A stretch of 64,000 bases of DNA from Cercozoa sp. M6MM (lineage: Eukaryota; Protista; Endomyxa: Ascetosporea): NCBI GenBank assembly GCA_040357565.1, contig JBDODJ010000046.1. The stretch is one strand, 5' to 3'. Shown here piece by piece: positions 37,386 through 50,012 of this stretch; the stretch's first letter is position 1; every line of letters starts with the position of its first letter. The notes below the pieces were generated by a model, which searched no databases, was not told where the DNA came from, and saw only the letters and a program-made list of their open reading frames with translations. Both the position numbers and the translations under genes were made by a program.

Positions 37386-37485
37386 NNNNNNNNNNNNNNN
37401 NNNNNNNNNNNNNNNNNNNNNNNNNNNNNNNNNNNNNNNNNNNNNNNNNNNNNNNNNNNNNNNNNNNNNNNNNNNNNNNNNNNNN
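37386..37485. other. 100-N scaffold gap hiding the 5' ends of two divergent genes (similar gaps at 36728-36827 and 61713-61812)
   Basis: Run of N; both flanking genes lack their N-termini. Confidence 0.9.
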
Positions 37486-37523
37486 GAGGGATAGGGGCAA
37501 GTGTAATCTGTCTGTTTCTGCAG

Positions 37524-38826
37524 TGGCCTCAAGTCGACGATGTTTCTCGGTTTTCTAACGGCTGCTATCGGCGGTCGTCCCGTACTCTCTCTGTACCGAG
37601 GGGGCAGGGGTATGGGGTAAAAAGAGGGGGTAAAGAGAGGGGTGTAACCTAGGCCATGATCTCGGGCGCCGCCGGTGCCATGGCCGTGGTGGCCAAGGAC
37701 ATCATGGCCTCGGACGGCAAGCTGGACGACCTGTCCGAGGGCGACCGTTTCGATGTGCTCATGTGGACTATGTTCCTCTGCGGCGTCGTGCAGGTACTTT
37801 ATTCTCCTCCCTCTACCCCTCCCCATTTATTCCTCCCTTTACCCCCTTTACCCCCTCTTTACCCCCCTGTTCCCCCTTCTTTATCCCCGATTTACCTCCC
37901 CCCAGATGCTGTTCGGCGTGTTCCGCGTGGCCAAGTTCGTCAAGCTGATTCCGGAGACGGCCATGCTCGGCTTCATGAACGGACTGGCCATTGTGATCTT
38001 TATGGCGCAGCTTACGGCCTTTCAGGCCTGTCGCATCCCGGGTGTGTTTACCCCCCCCCCGTTACCCTCTCTCCTCCTGTTTACCCCGTACCTTCGACCC
38101 CCTCCCGTGCAGAAGCCAAGGTATTCAACGACTGCGAGGTCAAGGAACGCGAGTGGTTAAAGGTGCGTTGGTACAAGTGTATCGACTACCTGAATTGACT
38201 GTATGTTGACTGTGTACCGTCCAGTTGGACGAGACGGAGACCTGGCTGACACTGGTGCTGGTGTTCCTCACCATGGCCGTCATGGTGCTGTGGCCCAAGG
38301 TCCCGAAGATCGGCGGATGGCTGCCGGCCTCCTTCGTCGCACTGGTGGGCTTTACCCTCCTTATCCCCCTGACCCCGCCCCTACCCTACCTCGACTCCTA
38401 CCCCTTTACTCTCCTCTACTTGTACCCCCTAGGCACTGGCGACCTTCGTGGAGCACGTCATCTACCGCATCGGCTTCGATCGCGAGTATGAAACTTGACC
38501 CCTCCCCCTGTCATCGCACCCTTAATTGTGTGTGTCATATTGAGACAGAACACGGACGGTTAAAGATACGGCGCCGTTGAATGGTTTTAACCTTCACACC
38601 CATGCCCCTTTACCCCATACTCCTACCCCTTACCCCTTTACCTCCCTTACCCTATATCCCTTTATCCCTTCCCCTAACACAGAGTCGTTCAGTACGCCGA
38701 CTTTTCCGCCAGCCGACATGCTGTGGAAGGACGGCACAGCACTTGGCATGTCGCTACAGGTAGGGCAGTCTATTTGTATTGGTCCGTTTCTACCGGTCCA
38801 TTTGTACTGTGTGTGTATGTGTGTGT

Positions 38827-38875
<49 letters not shown>

Positions 38876-40967
38876 TGTGGGTGGCTACAGTACGCAGTGC
38901 AATTGGCGGCCATTGGCGCCATCGAGAGCGTCATGACGTTGCAGGCCGTCGACGAAATCACGGGCGCGCAGCCTTCGACCTTCCGTGCCAACCAGGTAGG
39001 GGGTAAGGGGTACAGGAGGGCAAGGGGGTAACGGAGGGGGAAGAGGGTAAAGGGGCAACGGGGGAAAGAGGGGGAGGAGGGTTAAAATCCCGTATGTGCA
39101 GGAGTGTGTGGCACAAGGCGTCGCGAATTTTGTGTCGAGTTTCTTTGGCGCCATGGGTGGTAACTTTTTTTTTTAAATATTTGTGGAGGTGGGGAGTGGA
39201 CCTGTCCGCGCGGATGCAAATACGCGTAGGTGACGCCATGATCGGTCAGTCTACGATCAACGTGATGAACGGCGCACGTGGCCGACTCAGTGGCATGTCG
39301 GCCGGCATCTTCATGCTGTGCATCATTGTGTGTTTACCCTCCCCCTACATACCCCCTTGACCCCCCACCCCCTGTTCCCGGGCAGCTGGGCGCCAGTGCC
39401 GTGGTGGAGGCGATTCCGATCGCGGCACTGACAGGCGTGCTGTTCATGGTGGTGATTCACACCTTCAACTGGGGCACCTTCAAGACGCTGCGACGCGCCT
39501 CCAAGGCCGATGCCTTTGTGGTGTGTTCCGGCACTACCCCCCTTTGCCGTCCTCTTTACACCCCCCCCCAGGTGGTGCTAGTGACGGTACTGGCCGTAGT
39601 GACGAATCTGGCCATCGCCGTGATCTCGGGCGTGGTCTTCACAGCACTGGTCGACGCGTGGAGGAGCTCGCAGATGCTCACGGCGTCTACCGAGGTTTCT
39701 ACCCCCCTCCCCTTTACCCCCTACCCTCCCCATTTACCCCTCAGTTCATCCCCCTCCCTGTATCTCCATTTACCCTTCGCCCCAGATTCTGCACGACGAG
39801 AACGGCCGTCCAGTCAAGGTGTACCACTTCTCGGGTGCTCTTTTCTTCGGGTCCACGCGCACGTTCGCCAACATGTAGCTGCTGTTTTACCCCCCCCCCG
39901 CACCCTTTGACCCCCCACCCATGGTACAGGTTCGACTACGCCAACGACCCGGAGCACGTGCTACTGGACTTCCGAGAGTCCGTGTTGGTACTCACGTGAT
40001 ATGATATTTGGGTGTATGTATGTGTGTATGTATGCATTTATGGATGCATGTATGTATGTATAGATTTATGTATGTATATGTCTGTATGTATGTATGTATG
40101 TATGTATGTATGTCTGTATGTCTGTATGTCTGTATGTCTGTATGTATGCATGTATGTATGTACATGTATTTATGTACATGTATGTATTTAGGTCTGTATG
40201 TATTTAGGTATGTATGGTTTGTGTATGTATGTATGCATGTATATATGCAGGCGGATTGGTCGGCATTGGCCGCCGTCAAAGCTGTCGCCAAGCGCTATGC
40301 CGAAGTCGACAAGAACGTAACCCCCTGCTTTACCTCTTGCTTTACCCCCTGCTTTACCCTCTGTTACCCCTACCCCTTTCGGCAGGTGGAAGTACAACGA
40401 CTCGACGCTTTTTCAGTCGGTCGCGTTCAGCGCGCCGGCTCATTTGGTTCTTGATTTTACCCCCCCCCCCCCGCACCCTACCCTTACCCCCCTTCGTAGT
40501 GGCTGAAACAGTGGCGCTGCTGCACGGCGACAAGGAACTCTACGTGCACCACGGTACCTATGTTTTATTGTAACCTGCATTTTATATTTATCTATTTTAT
40601 TTTACATTTAGATGTATATTTATTATATATATATATATATATATGCATATATAGATGTAGAGAGCTACAAAGATAGATGTGTATACATATAGATATTAGA
40701 GATATAGAGATATAGAGATACAGAGATATGACTATATGCCTGTGTAGACAAGGAACTCAACGACGACAGCGATGGGCCTGGCGTCGTTGTCCACGCGGAC
40801 GTTCAGCACGGCGACAGCAACCTGCGCCGCCGCAAGTCGGTACCCTTTCGCCCATCCCCCTTTACCCCCTCTTTTAGCCCGTTATCTCCCGTGTGTAGCT
40901 GTCGCAACTGCACATGTTCGAGCCGTTGCAAGTGGAAGAGCACCCGTCGCCAGTGCAGGTGCTTCCT

Positions 40968-41018
<51 letters not shown>

Positions 41019-41028
41019 NNNNNNNNNN

Positions 41029-41077
<49 letters not shown>

Positions 41078-41267
41078 TCTTCTTCTCTTTCTCACTTGCT
41101 GTGTGTGTGTGTGTGTGTTGCACTGTGTGTTCGCGCTGTAGCCGGTGGTTGCTGTGGAACCCACGCAAGACGACAACGAAACCTCTCAGATCGAACCGTC
41201 TCAGATCAACGAAACCGAGAGCGATAGTGACAATGACGCTGCTGCCACGCCGGAGGATCAAGTCTAA
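37524..41267 (+). CDS. SulP/SLC26 anion transporter with STAS domain (bacterial-type), 5' end in gap
   Basis: [120 protein letters not shown]..DWSAL. Confidence 0.92.
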
Positions 41268-41435
41268 TAGTTCCCCGCGTCGTGTGCAAGTTGAGTGAAC
41301 TAACGTATCAAACTATCGATGCCGTGGTCATTTCCAAAGACGGTTGGTCTTCGCTTGTGGCAAACTGCAAACTATAAATACTGTGAGCGGCGAAGCGAAG
41401 CAGTGCTCGTTTGTGTGTGTGTAGCGTAGATTTCT

Positions 41436-44400
41436 ATGAGTAGTGCTGCTGACGCGGAGACTCGGTGCTGGCCCCAATAAATATCGATCTCGGGTTTTGG
41501 CAATTTTTCTTTGCGTACGCAGTGTCGGCGTTACAGAGTTTCTTTCAGATGTCTACCTCGGTGGTTCACGTACGTTGTGTGATCATTAGTTGCTGTTACA
41601 TTTTTGGTATCTGCAAATTCGTGCCTTCAGTGACCCGTCCGCGCGCACAGCTGAAAGCGATGAACAGCGACTTTATCGTTCGCGAGATTGATGCAGATGG
41701 AACAGTGTGTGATGCTCCGATCAAGTCCGTCGATGCGTACTCTGGTACAAGTTAAACTATGTGCTTCTAAGGGAGCACTCTTTGAAACTGTGAGTTGGGG
41801 TTTTCAGAGGAGGAGTGGCGCAGCATTCTGCCTGACCTGGTGGATCGGGAGGCGCTGCTGGAACGCGTCAAACAGGAGTGCGCTGACAAGTAAACTGACC
41901 AGTCAAGTGTCTACTCTGTTCTTGTACATTTGTGCTGTTTCGTTGTGGCAGAAAGCAAGAAATCGACGTCAGTACCCTCGTGCAGAACGAGAAGTCCGTC
42001 CAGTGTCGACAGGAGTTGCGTCAGTTGCTGTCGCAGCGTCCAGCCTGGGCCGACGAGATCGAACAACGATTTGCTGCACTTAGTCGACCAGCTGACTCGT
42101 GTAATCTTTTTCTTTGTCAGGCAGCGCCTAGCATTTCCCTCGGCTGTGTGCAGCTGACGGTGCTTTCTTCCGTCGCAGTTTCGATGAGTTGGAGCACTGG
42201 ACGCAGCAGCAACTGGAAGCGACACATGACAACGCTGCCAAAAAGCAGACTGAGTCGTGCTTCTGTCTCGGCGTCTTCAATGACAAGGAGGAGCGTCTGC
42301 GACTCTACCGGTTTTTCCCGACCCGTCTATTGTCCCTGTACCTTTTTGATCCAGCCGTTTCGCAGAATTTTCCGGAGTGTGCTGCCGCTGTTTGAACTGC
42401 AGTCGACAAAGCAGCGCGGCTGGAGTCTCCGCACTCGCCGTGAGCTACAGAAACTTGGTATCTTTGAAAGGATAAACAGAGACCGTAAGGTATAGAGTGG
42501 CATTTGACAGGTCCCAACAAGGACAAGCAACCGGAACGCATGTGCGTGTCGGTGTCACTGCACGCTGGTGTGTCGGCAATGCGCACTGCCTTCGAACGCA
42601 TGTTATCCAGCGATGACACTCCAAGCAATCTCGCCAAACACGTCGACTCTGTCACGGCCAAAATCGCCTTGTTCTCCAGTGTATATTGAACGGGACATAA
42701 GAGTACAAGAGGGAAGGGTAAAACTACATGTGCGTTGGTGCAGTTGGTGCACACAGCGGAAGGTGTGACTTTGGGCCCGGACACGAGTTGCGATGTTGCA
42801 CTGCCTGCTGCATTGTCGACCTTGCTGCAGCAGTGTTCCGAGAGAGCCAGCACTGCTTCCATCGATCGCACGAGCGATCGGCGGCGTCGCAAGAACGACG
42901 GCGCTCTCGGAGTGCAAGAGGCTGTTTTCGCCAGCTTCCTCAATCTGCGTGCAAGGCTACATTGTATTCTCTCCATCTTACTCCTTTCATGATACTTCCT
43001 GCTATTCCTGCTACCTTTGATGTTACCCTTCTAGCAAACGAAGGCAACTGGATTCTGCGACTCCGGTTTCGGCCTGTGGGGTACTTCTTCTCTTCTCTGT
43101 GATTGGGTGGGTTTACTTTGTGTCTTCTTGAGCAGTCGCGCCAATAAACGCAAACAAATGCGAAAGCGCGCACGTGGCGATCTTGCCGACGTTTTTCTGC
43201 GTCTCACGCTGCACCGAAGCGGTGTCGAGCACGGCGAGGCACTGTACCTTTCGCTTTACCCCTTGCATTCTCCTCCTCTCTCGATCTTCACCCGTGGTAC
43301 AGTGCGGCAGTGGCACAAGTGATGGGCGTGTCTCCCAATGTGGTTTCGGTCAGTGGCACCAAGGACAAGCATGCTGTCACGACGCAGCGTGTCGGTATTT
43401 TCTCTCCTCTCGTCTGGATTACTCTTTGTTATTGTCAAAATTTGTAGTGATTCAGAACCCTTCGCTGTGTAATCTCAAGTCGGACAAGTTAGAGGTAGTT
43501 CGATAGCGAATCCTCTGTTTTTTGTTGTTGCAGTTTGAATAGGCAAAGCTGGAGCGTGTGCGAAAGTCGCTGCGAAATGGAACGTTTGAACTTGGCGACG
43601 CCGTCGCTGCGTCGGCTTCTCTGGCTGTACACCTACACCTTGATAGGAGTCACCTGGATACTGAGGGGCAACTGTGTCATGTGCAGTTGGGCAATGCCAA
43701 AGGCAATCGTTTCACAATCACGCTGCGGAGCCTGGGCGTCAGTGACGACGCTCTCTTTCACTGCGACAAAGGTGTTACTCCCCTTGCACCCTCTCATGTT
43801 CCTTTCCTTGACCTCTTTCCCGCAGTGGAAGAGCGACTGCGCGTGATGGCAGAGCGCGGTTTCTTGAACTACCTCGGCGTGCAGCGTTTTGGCGCGGAGG
43901 GTTCCAACTCTGCGGTACATTGAAAATATTACTTTGTATTTAAGCACCTGAACGTATATATAATATATAAAATATCAGTATATCTCTATAAAGAGTCAGT
44001 AAAATGGGGTAAAACTATCGCGTATGTGTGAGCGTAGTTGGTGGGCACGGCTTTGCTGAAAAGCGATTACGCGCACGCTTTGTCGTTACATGTTGTTCCA
44101 CTGCCTCGGGTACTCTTACCTCCTCTTCTGTACCCTTGTGATACCTCCCCATGAGTGATTCAACAGGAGCGGCAGGAGTCAGTCAAGGCACTGAACAATG
44201 TGCGCGATGCACTCGCTCCCTTCTACATTGGTACGCGTGTCCATGTCATGTTCTGTGTATGTGTAGTCTGTACATATATACAGAAGACAAGACGGAGTCG
44301 ACTCTGGTGACTGCCGACTCGGTGCGCACGCTACTGCGCGCCGCAAGTGACCGACAGCTTCCGCGCGGACGGCGAAATAAAGTATTTGCCGTGCTGGCGC

Positions 44401-44652
44401 AACGGCTGCGTCGGATTCCGCTTGACGCCGCCGGTGTCGATGGTGTTCAGGAGGACGAGCGACTGCGACAACAGGTCGGCAAGGCTGCTTTGGTACGGAT
44501 GTACTGCTTTCGGGTTAGTTGGCTTCCTTATTGGAGCCATCTTAACATACCGCACAGGCGGCCTTCAATGCCATTCCGTACACGAACCGAACCAAGATCG
44601 TGCAAGCGGCCTCGAACATGGTGTGTGTGTGTGTGTGCATGTGTGTGTGTGT

Positions 44653-44733
<81 letters not shown>

Positions 44734-45098
44734 GCGATCCCTTTCTATGTGTAGGTGTGGAACCAAACAGTGTCCCACCTGGCACAGCAGGTGCAGCAAC
44801 AAGTGCGCACGGCCAGGGAGAGTGCAGGTGACAGTATCGACGTGCCTGCTCTTGTGGAAAGCACTCTGGGCGGTGGCTACGAGGACAAGGACTCCTGGTG
44901 TGTTATTTCTTCGTTCCTTTTCCTCTCCTCTGCCACGTTAACGTGTCTTTCCACCAGGCTGGCTGCTCCGGGCAGTCGGTTCTACAAGCAGCTGCACCCT
45001 GAGGCACGTCGTCTGTGCGAGTCGCTTGGCCTGACTCTCGAGTGCTTTGGTTCCTGCCACCTTTTGTTTTTCCCCACCCCACTTGACTCCGTGCGCGC

Positions 45099-45158
<60 letters not shown>

Positions 45159-45590
45159 GTGTGTGTTTTGGCCCATGACACTTCGGCAAGGTTGATTGAA
45201 TAATCGATATGGACGAACGGCGAGTGGGTTCGAGCTATGAACCAAGTAGCGCGCAGCTCGCTCGTTGGTGGCCTTCCTCATTGCACCCCTCAAGCTCCAG
45301 CAGCGCTGGAGAGAGCATTCATCCTCCGCGCTTGAGAGAGCATTCCTCGCGCTTGAGAGAGCATGCAGCCTCCGCGCTTGAGAGAGCATTCATCCTCCGC
45401 GCTTGAGAGAGCATGCAGCCTCGCGCTTGAGAGAGCATGCAGCCTCGCGCTTGAGAGAGCATTCAGCCTCGCGCTAACTTACTTTTTCGTCCTACCGCGC
45501 GCTTCATTCATTCACGTTGACTGGCTTTTTTCAGACGAGTCGAAGGCGATCTGCAGCACGTGGACAACTACACTGACAGCAACAATGTAG
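41436..45590 (+). CDS. tRNA pseudouridine synthase TruD/Pus7 family; 3' end uncertain
   Basis: KAMNSDFIVREID; catalytic SGTKDKHAVTTQRV; GNRFTITLR; GFLNYLGVQRFG. The C-terminal exons are poorly resolved. Confidence 0.85.
45309..45475. repeat. Minisatellite, ~21-25 bp unit GAGAGAGCATKCAKCCTC(C)GCGCTT, about 7 copies
   Basis: Seen directly in sequence. Confidence 0.9.
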
Positions 45591-45723
45591 AAACAGCACA
45601 GCTGCAGCTCACTTGCGGCGGGTTGCGATTGAGGTACTCGACTGATCTGTTAAGGCAGATACTACTGTACGTATGCGATATCGGTCGGATGCTGTGCGCG
45701 ACGCCATGATCGGTTGAAGCCTG

Positions 45724-48265
45724 CTACTTAATATGTGACGGCAAGAACGCGACGCCTCGCGTGAACAGGTGCTGCGGCAGCGAGTCGTCGGCGTTGGGCG
45801 CATCCGTTTCCACCGGCAGGAACATCCAGCGCTCAAACGACTGCAGTCACAAGCGCACACTCGAACGAACTAAAACTGAAGGAACACAGCTGAGTGTTGT
45901 ACCTTGCGATGTGGCTTGTCTACAACGAGTGCACCACGGTGGTCAGCTGCCAAGTGTCATAACGGTGCACATAAGATAGTACCGCAACCTAAGAAATCGA
46001 GGAGTCTACCGAGGTAGCCACAACGAGAGCGAATGGAAATGACGTCGCGCATGGCACCCAAGAAGGCCACTTGGAAAAACTCCCAATCGCGGCAGTGCAG
46101 TCGGTTGCATGACAGGTAGTTCTTGGCCATGCCGAGTGTCGTCTTTTTCTTGTCGGCGCAGAGGAACTTACCTGCGCTTATGCTTGCTGTAGGGAGCAGA
46201 AAATTCAGACATCGAAAGTGCATACCATGTCGACTCTGCAAGGCAACGGCACCGTCAGTGCCCTTGATTTCGTGAAGTGCAAAAACCGCGTCCGGCGGCA
46301 ATTCGTTAGCTGTTTCAAACACAGAGAAATGTATCTCTTGTAGCCTCCTCCCCTTTAAAAAAGGTACAGTACACGAGGAAGGCTGCACAAGTCGCACGGA
46401 ACCATCGTTGGCGGCCGCGAGGAATTCGCCGCGGTGCGACATTAGTACCAGTGTCTCGGGCCTGCAGGCAAGGTGCAGGTAGGAGAGTTGGGGGAGTAGG
46501 TAAGCAGGGGGGGGGGGGGGGTACTTGAGGATCGACACAAAGAACTGCGAATTGCCAGAAATTCGCGGTTCGAAACTCTCGCCCGCCCAGTAGCCTTTCT
46601 CCTACAGATAGGGCAAATGCTACAAGGAGGGGGTGGTAAACGAGACACTGTACACAGTGGAAGGCAAAGATAGGTTGCTGGCCAGGCGAAAGTGCTTCCA
46701 CGCGGAAGGTATACACTTCCTGTATAAAAAACGCGAGATTGATCGGCATAGGATCAGAAAAAGAAGAGACGACAAACAAACCCGCAGCCAAGTTGGCGAC
46801 GTTTCGTCATGCGGCAACAGAGTCACATGCTGGTCCCTGATATGAAGAGGTGTCGGGCAGGGGCAAAGAGGTAGGGGTAAAGAAGTGACACACCTCTCAC
46901 AAGCGTGCACGCGGAAGGCGGCCTTGCGACCCGTGCCTTGGCACAGCAGACGTACCTTCTGTCCGTGCCTATACAGGAGGAAGGGTATCAAGGGACATGA
47001 AGGCACAAAACAAGGCCGTACTGAAAGATGTTGCCGTATCCACGACACCGTCTTGCCTCCTATAAAACGCGTCAGTTCCTGTACTCGTACCCTCGGGGGG
47101 GGGGGGGGGTAAAACTATACCGCCTCACTGACTGTCGGTAGCCGCGGTTTGCGCAGCCACGCAAGTGCTCCGAAATCTACAGGTGTCGTAGGATAGAGGA
47201 GGCAAGAGGGAGAGGGTAAGAGGGGTAAAGTTGCACCTCTCACGACGACACCTCGTCCTGCCAGTTCCGTGTCCTGAACAGACAGGAAGGGAGGTATACA
47301 AAGGAATGAGGGGGGGGGGGGGTAAAGTTGAAACTACGAGTCCCCGGCGAGTATCGGCGTATCGTTGTCGCTCGTGTTCCGCGCGGGTGCGTGCAATCTC
47401 CAGCCTGTCAGAAAGTGGTCCAACCAGACGGTAAAAAGCGACACACCACTTAAGGGAGCAGTGAAGATTATTTACCACTCCTCCATCTGCTCCATGTCAC
47501 GCAGCAGCAGCAGCAGACTGCGCGGGGGGTAAAGGGGGTAAGGGGTAAAGGGGTAAGGGGGTAAAGGGGTAAGGGGTAAGGGGGTAGGAAACGAAGTTAC
47601 ACAGCGTCGCCGTAAAGAAAGACGAGACACGTCTCGTTGGCATCCGATGGTGCCGCACTTCTGTCAAGAGGGTGGGTGGGTATAAGGAGGGGGACGAGAG
47701 GGGCAAAAACTCTACAGTGGCAAACGATGTCCGATCTCGGCGAAACGACGAATACGGCATGTTCGCAGTGGCACCGCCTGAATAGTAGTGGGGTAGAGGG
47801 TGTGGGAGTGGGGGACAGACACGGTTACCCTTTTGAAGTGATCATGATCGGTGGTGACCAGCAGCACGTCCGTGAAGAGGTAGACCTTGCGCGACTTGAT
47901 GTGTCCCGACGCCATCTTCCACTCGCGTGCCTCGCTTTCTGTACCGACACCGCCCGGGGGTAAAGGGGGTGGGGAGGGGGTGGGGTAAGTCGAGTGAGAG
48001 AATTTACTGACGACGAGGTGTCGGTGCGGCTGCACAAAGCCGTTGTCGAAAATCGGCACGCCCCAGGTGCCACTCAACGGCGGCAGTCTATCAAGACAAA
48101 ACTTATATATATATATATATAAATATCTCTATATACGATTTGCGTCTAGCACAGATTCGTTCTATATATTTAGCTAATATCTAACACATATCAAACACGC
48201 ACACACACACATACACACACATAACACATACATATAAGCATATATATATATATATATCAGCACAA

Positions 48266-48296
<31 letters not shown>

Positions 48297-49808
48297 CTAT
48301 ATATATATATATATATATCTACAAGCACAAAAGTAACGATCCAAGCACAAATATACAAGTATGTATTTACAAATATTAGACAAATATGTGTAAAGCTGAA
48401 AGTACTCTGGAATGGCTGATGAACGCGCAGCGTCCGAACGTCGCTTGCACTCGTTTACTATAGGGGGCGAATGGGGTGGAGGGGGTCAGGGGTAAAGAGC
48501 CGAAGACTTTGGTACCAGCCTCCACGCGCTCTGTCATGGCGTTGAGCACCTTGGTGTAGTACTCTCTGAACATACAGTATACAGAGAACCGACATGGGGG
48601 GTAAAAACGACAGTACCTCTCCTCTTCGCCAGAGTGACGCTGCAACTCTCGTAGCAGCAGTGCGTATCGTGGCTACAAGCAAAGCGACGGTAAGCACTGT
48701 CCAGATGGACTCAAAGAGAGATGTCGTACCAGTCGTTGCACAGGCATAATCAGCAGCGACTCAAGGGATGCCGACAAGTTTGAAACGACACTGGGAGTAG
48801 AAAGCAAGGGGTAAAGGATATTAGAGGAGGGGTACGAAGTAAGAGGAGAAATTAGTTACCTTGGTTCCGAGTCAAGTCGCATCAATGCTTCTTGCACTTG
48901 CTTACTCTGTGCAGGGGTACACACATCCATACATAGGTATGGACAGAAGGTCTAGCAGCAACCTCAGCAGTGGGATGCCCTTTGGAATTCTTGCCGTCGC
49001 GCAGGTTGCGCAGTGCGCTCACCATGTCTAAATTTTACATTGACACAAATACATAGATCTTCATACCTATATGTATAGATACACATATAGATACCCTCGT
49101 AGTTGTTGACGTAGTCGTAGTACAGACGGAAGAATTGCAGGTGTTTCTCAAGTGCTGGCTGTCACAACCCATATCCTTCCCATATATCTCCCCCTATTAC
49201 CACACCCACCAGACACAGCGGCCTACCACAGCACCTTCGCTTTCCATTGCATGCAGCAACTGCGTGTGTCTACAGTCGGGTGCCAAGGGTAGCAGGAGAA
49301 TCAGGGAACTAGAGGTAAAGGGGTGTGTGTGTGTGTGGGGGGGGGGTAAGTTGGTACAGTGAGTGCAGCTGCGGCGCATTCGAGAACAGCACAACGGCGT
49401 CGTTGCCGAGCCACTCGACCAGCTCCGCGCGGTAGTGCGACGCGATGCGTGAACTGCACAAGATCTCCAGTGATACAGCCACAGAAAACAACAAGAAACA
49501 GCAAGAAACAACAACAGAAAACAACAGAAAACAACAACAGAAAACAACTACTGAAGATACAGAGCATCCACGTAGGCGCGTTCGGTGTTCACGATCTCCT
49601 GCAGCACGAACTCCTTCTTGCTCGGCTCACGTGTCACCATTACCGTGTAGGCACGGTGCAGCAAGTCACCGTCACCGTCCTGATCGGTATCAACAGTGGC
49701 ACCGTCACCCTCACTGATCGCAGGAGCGTCAATCATCCCCGCGTCTTCATTATTCTCAGCGTCTCCGCCTGCACGACGGGCCGCCTGAGAAGCTAAGTCA
49801 GCCCACAT
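45724..49808 (-). CDS. RhoGEF (DH-PH) with C-terminal fascin-like beta-trefoil repeats
   Basis: DH: VLQEIVNTERAYVDAL, FFRLYYDYVNNYE, SLESLLIMPVQRLPRYALLLREL. PH: SRKVYLFTDVLLV. Fascin-like: LMSHRGEFLAAANDGSV, VALQSRHGKFLCA, CNRLHCRDWEFF, ISIRSRCGYL. The start may extend upstream. Confidence 0.85.
47524..47587 (+). repeat. (GGGGTAA[A])n intronic tandem array
   Basis: About 8 near-perfect copies; C-rich on the sense strand of the RhoGEF intron. Confidence 0.9.
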
Positions 49809-50012
49809 GCACTATTTTCACACTCAAGCACCGTTCTAAAGCAGGTATCTCGAAAAAAGCTGTTCTTCAGACCTGGCTACATTTCATCATCTTGGCGCAC
49901 ATCGCGAGCGTTTTGATACTTCTGTGTGCGCAGAGTGGTGCACACGTTAATTGTAGCTATCCATATCAGCATGGTTGTGTATTATGTGTTGTGAAGCAGA
50001 GTCGGATGACGC

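Noticed and set aside
45309-45475. CRISPR-like array
   Set aside because: Contiguous tandem units without unique spacers, in a eukaryotic context with no cas genes.
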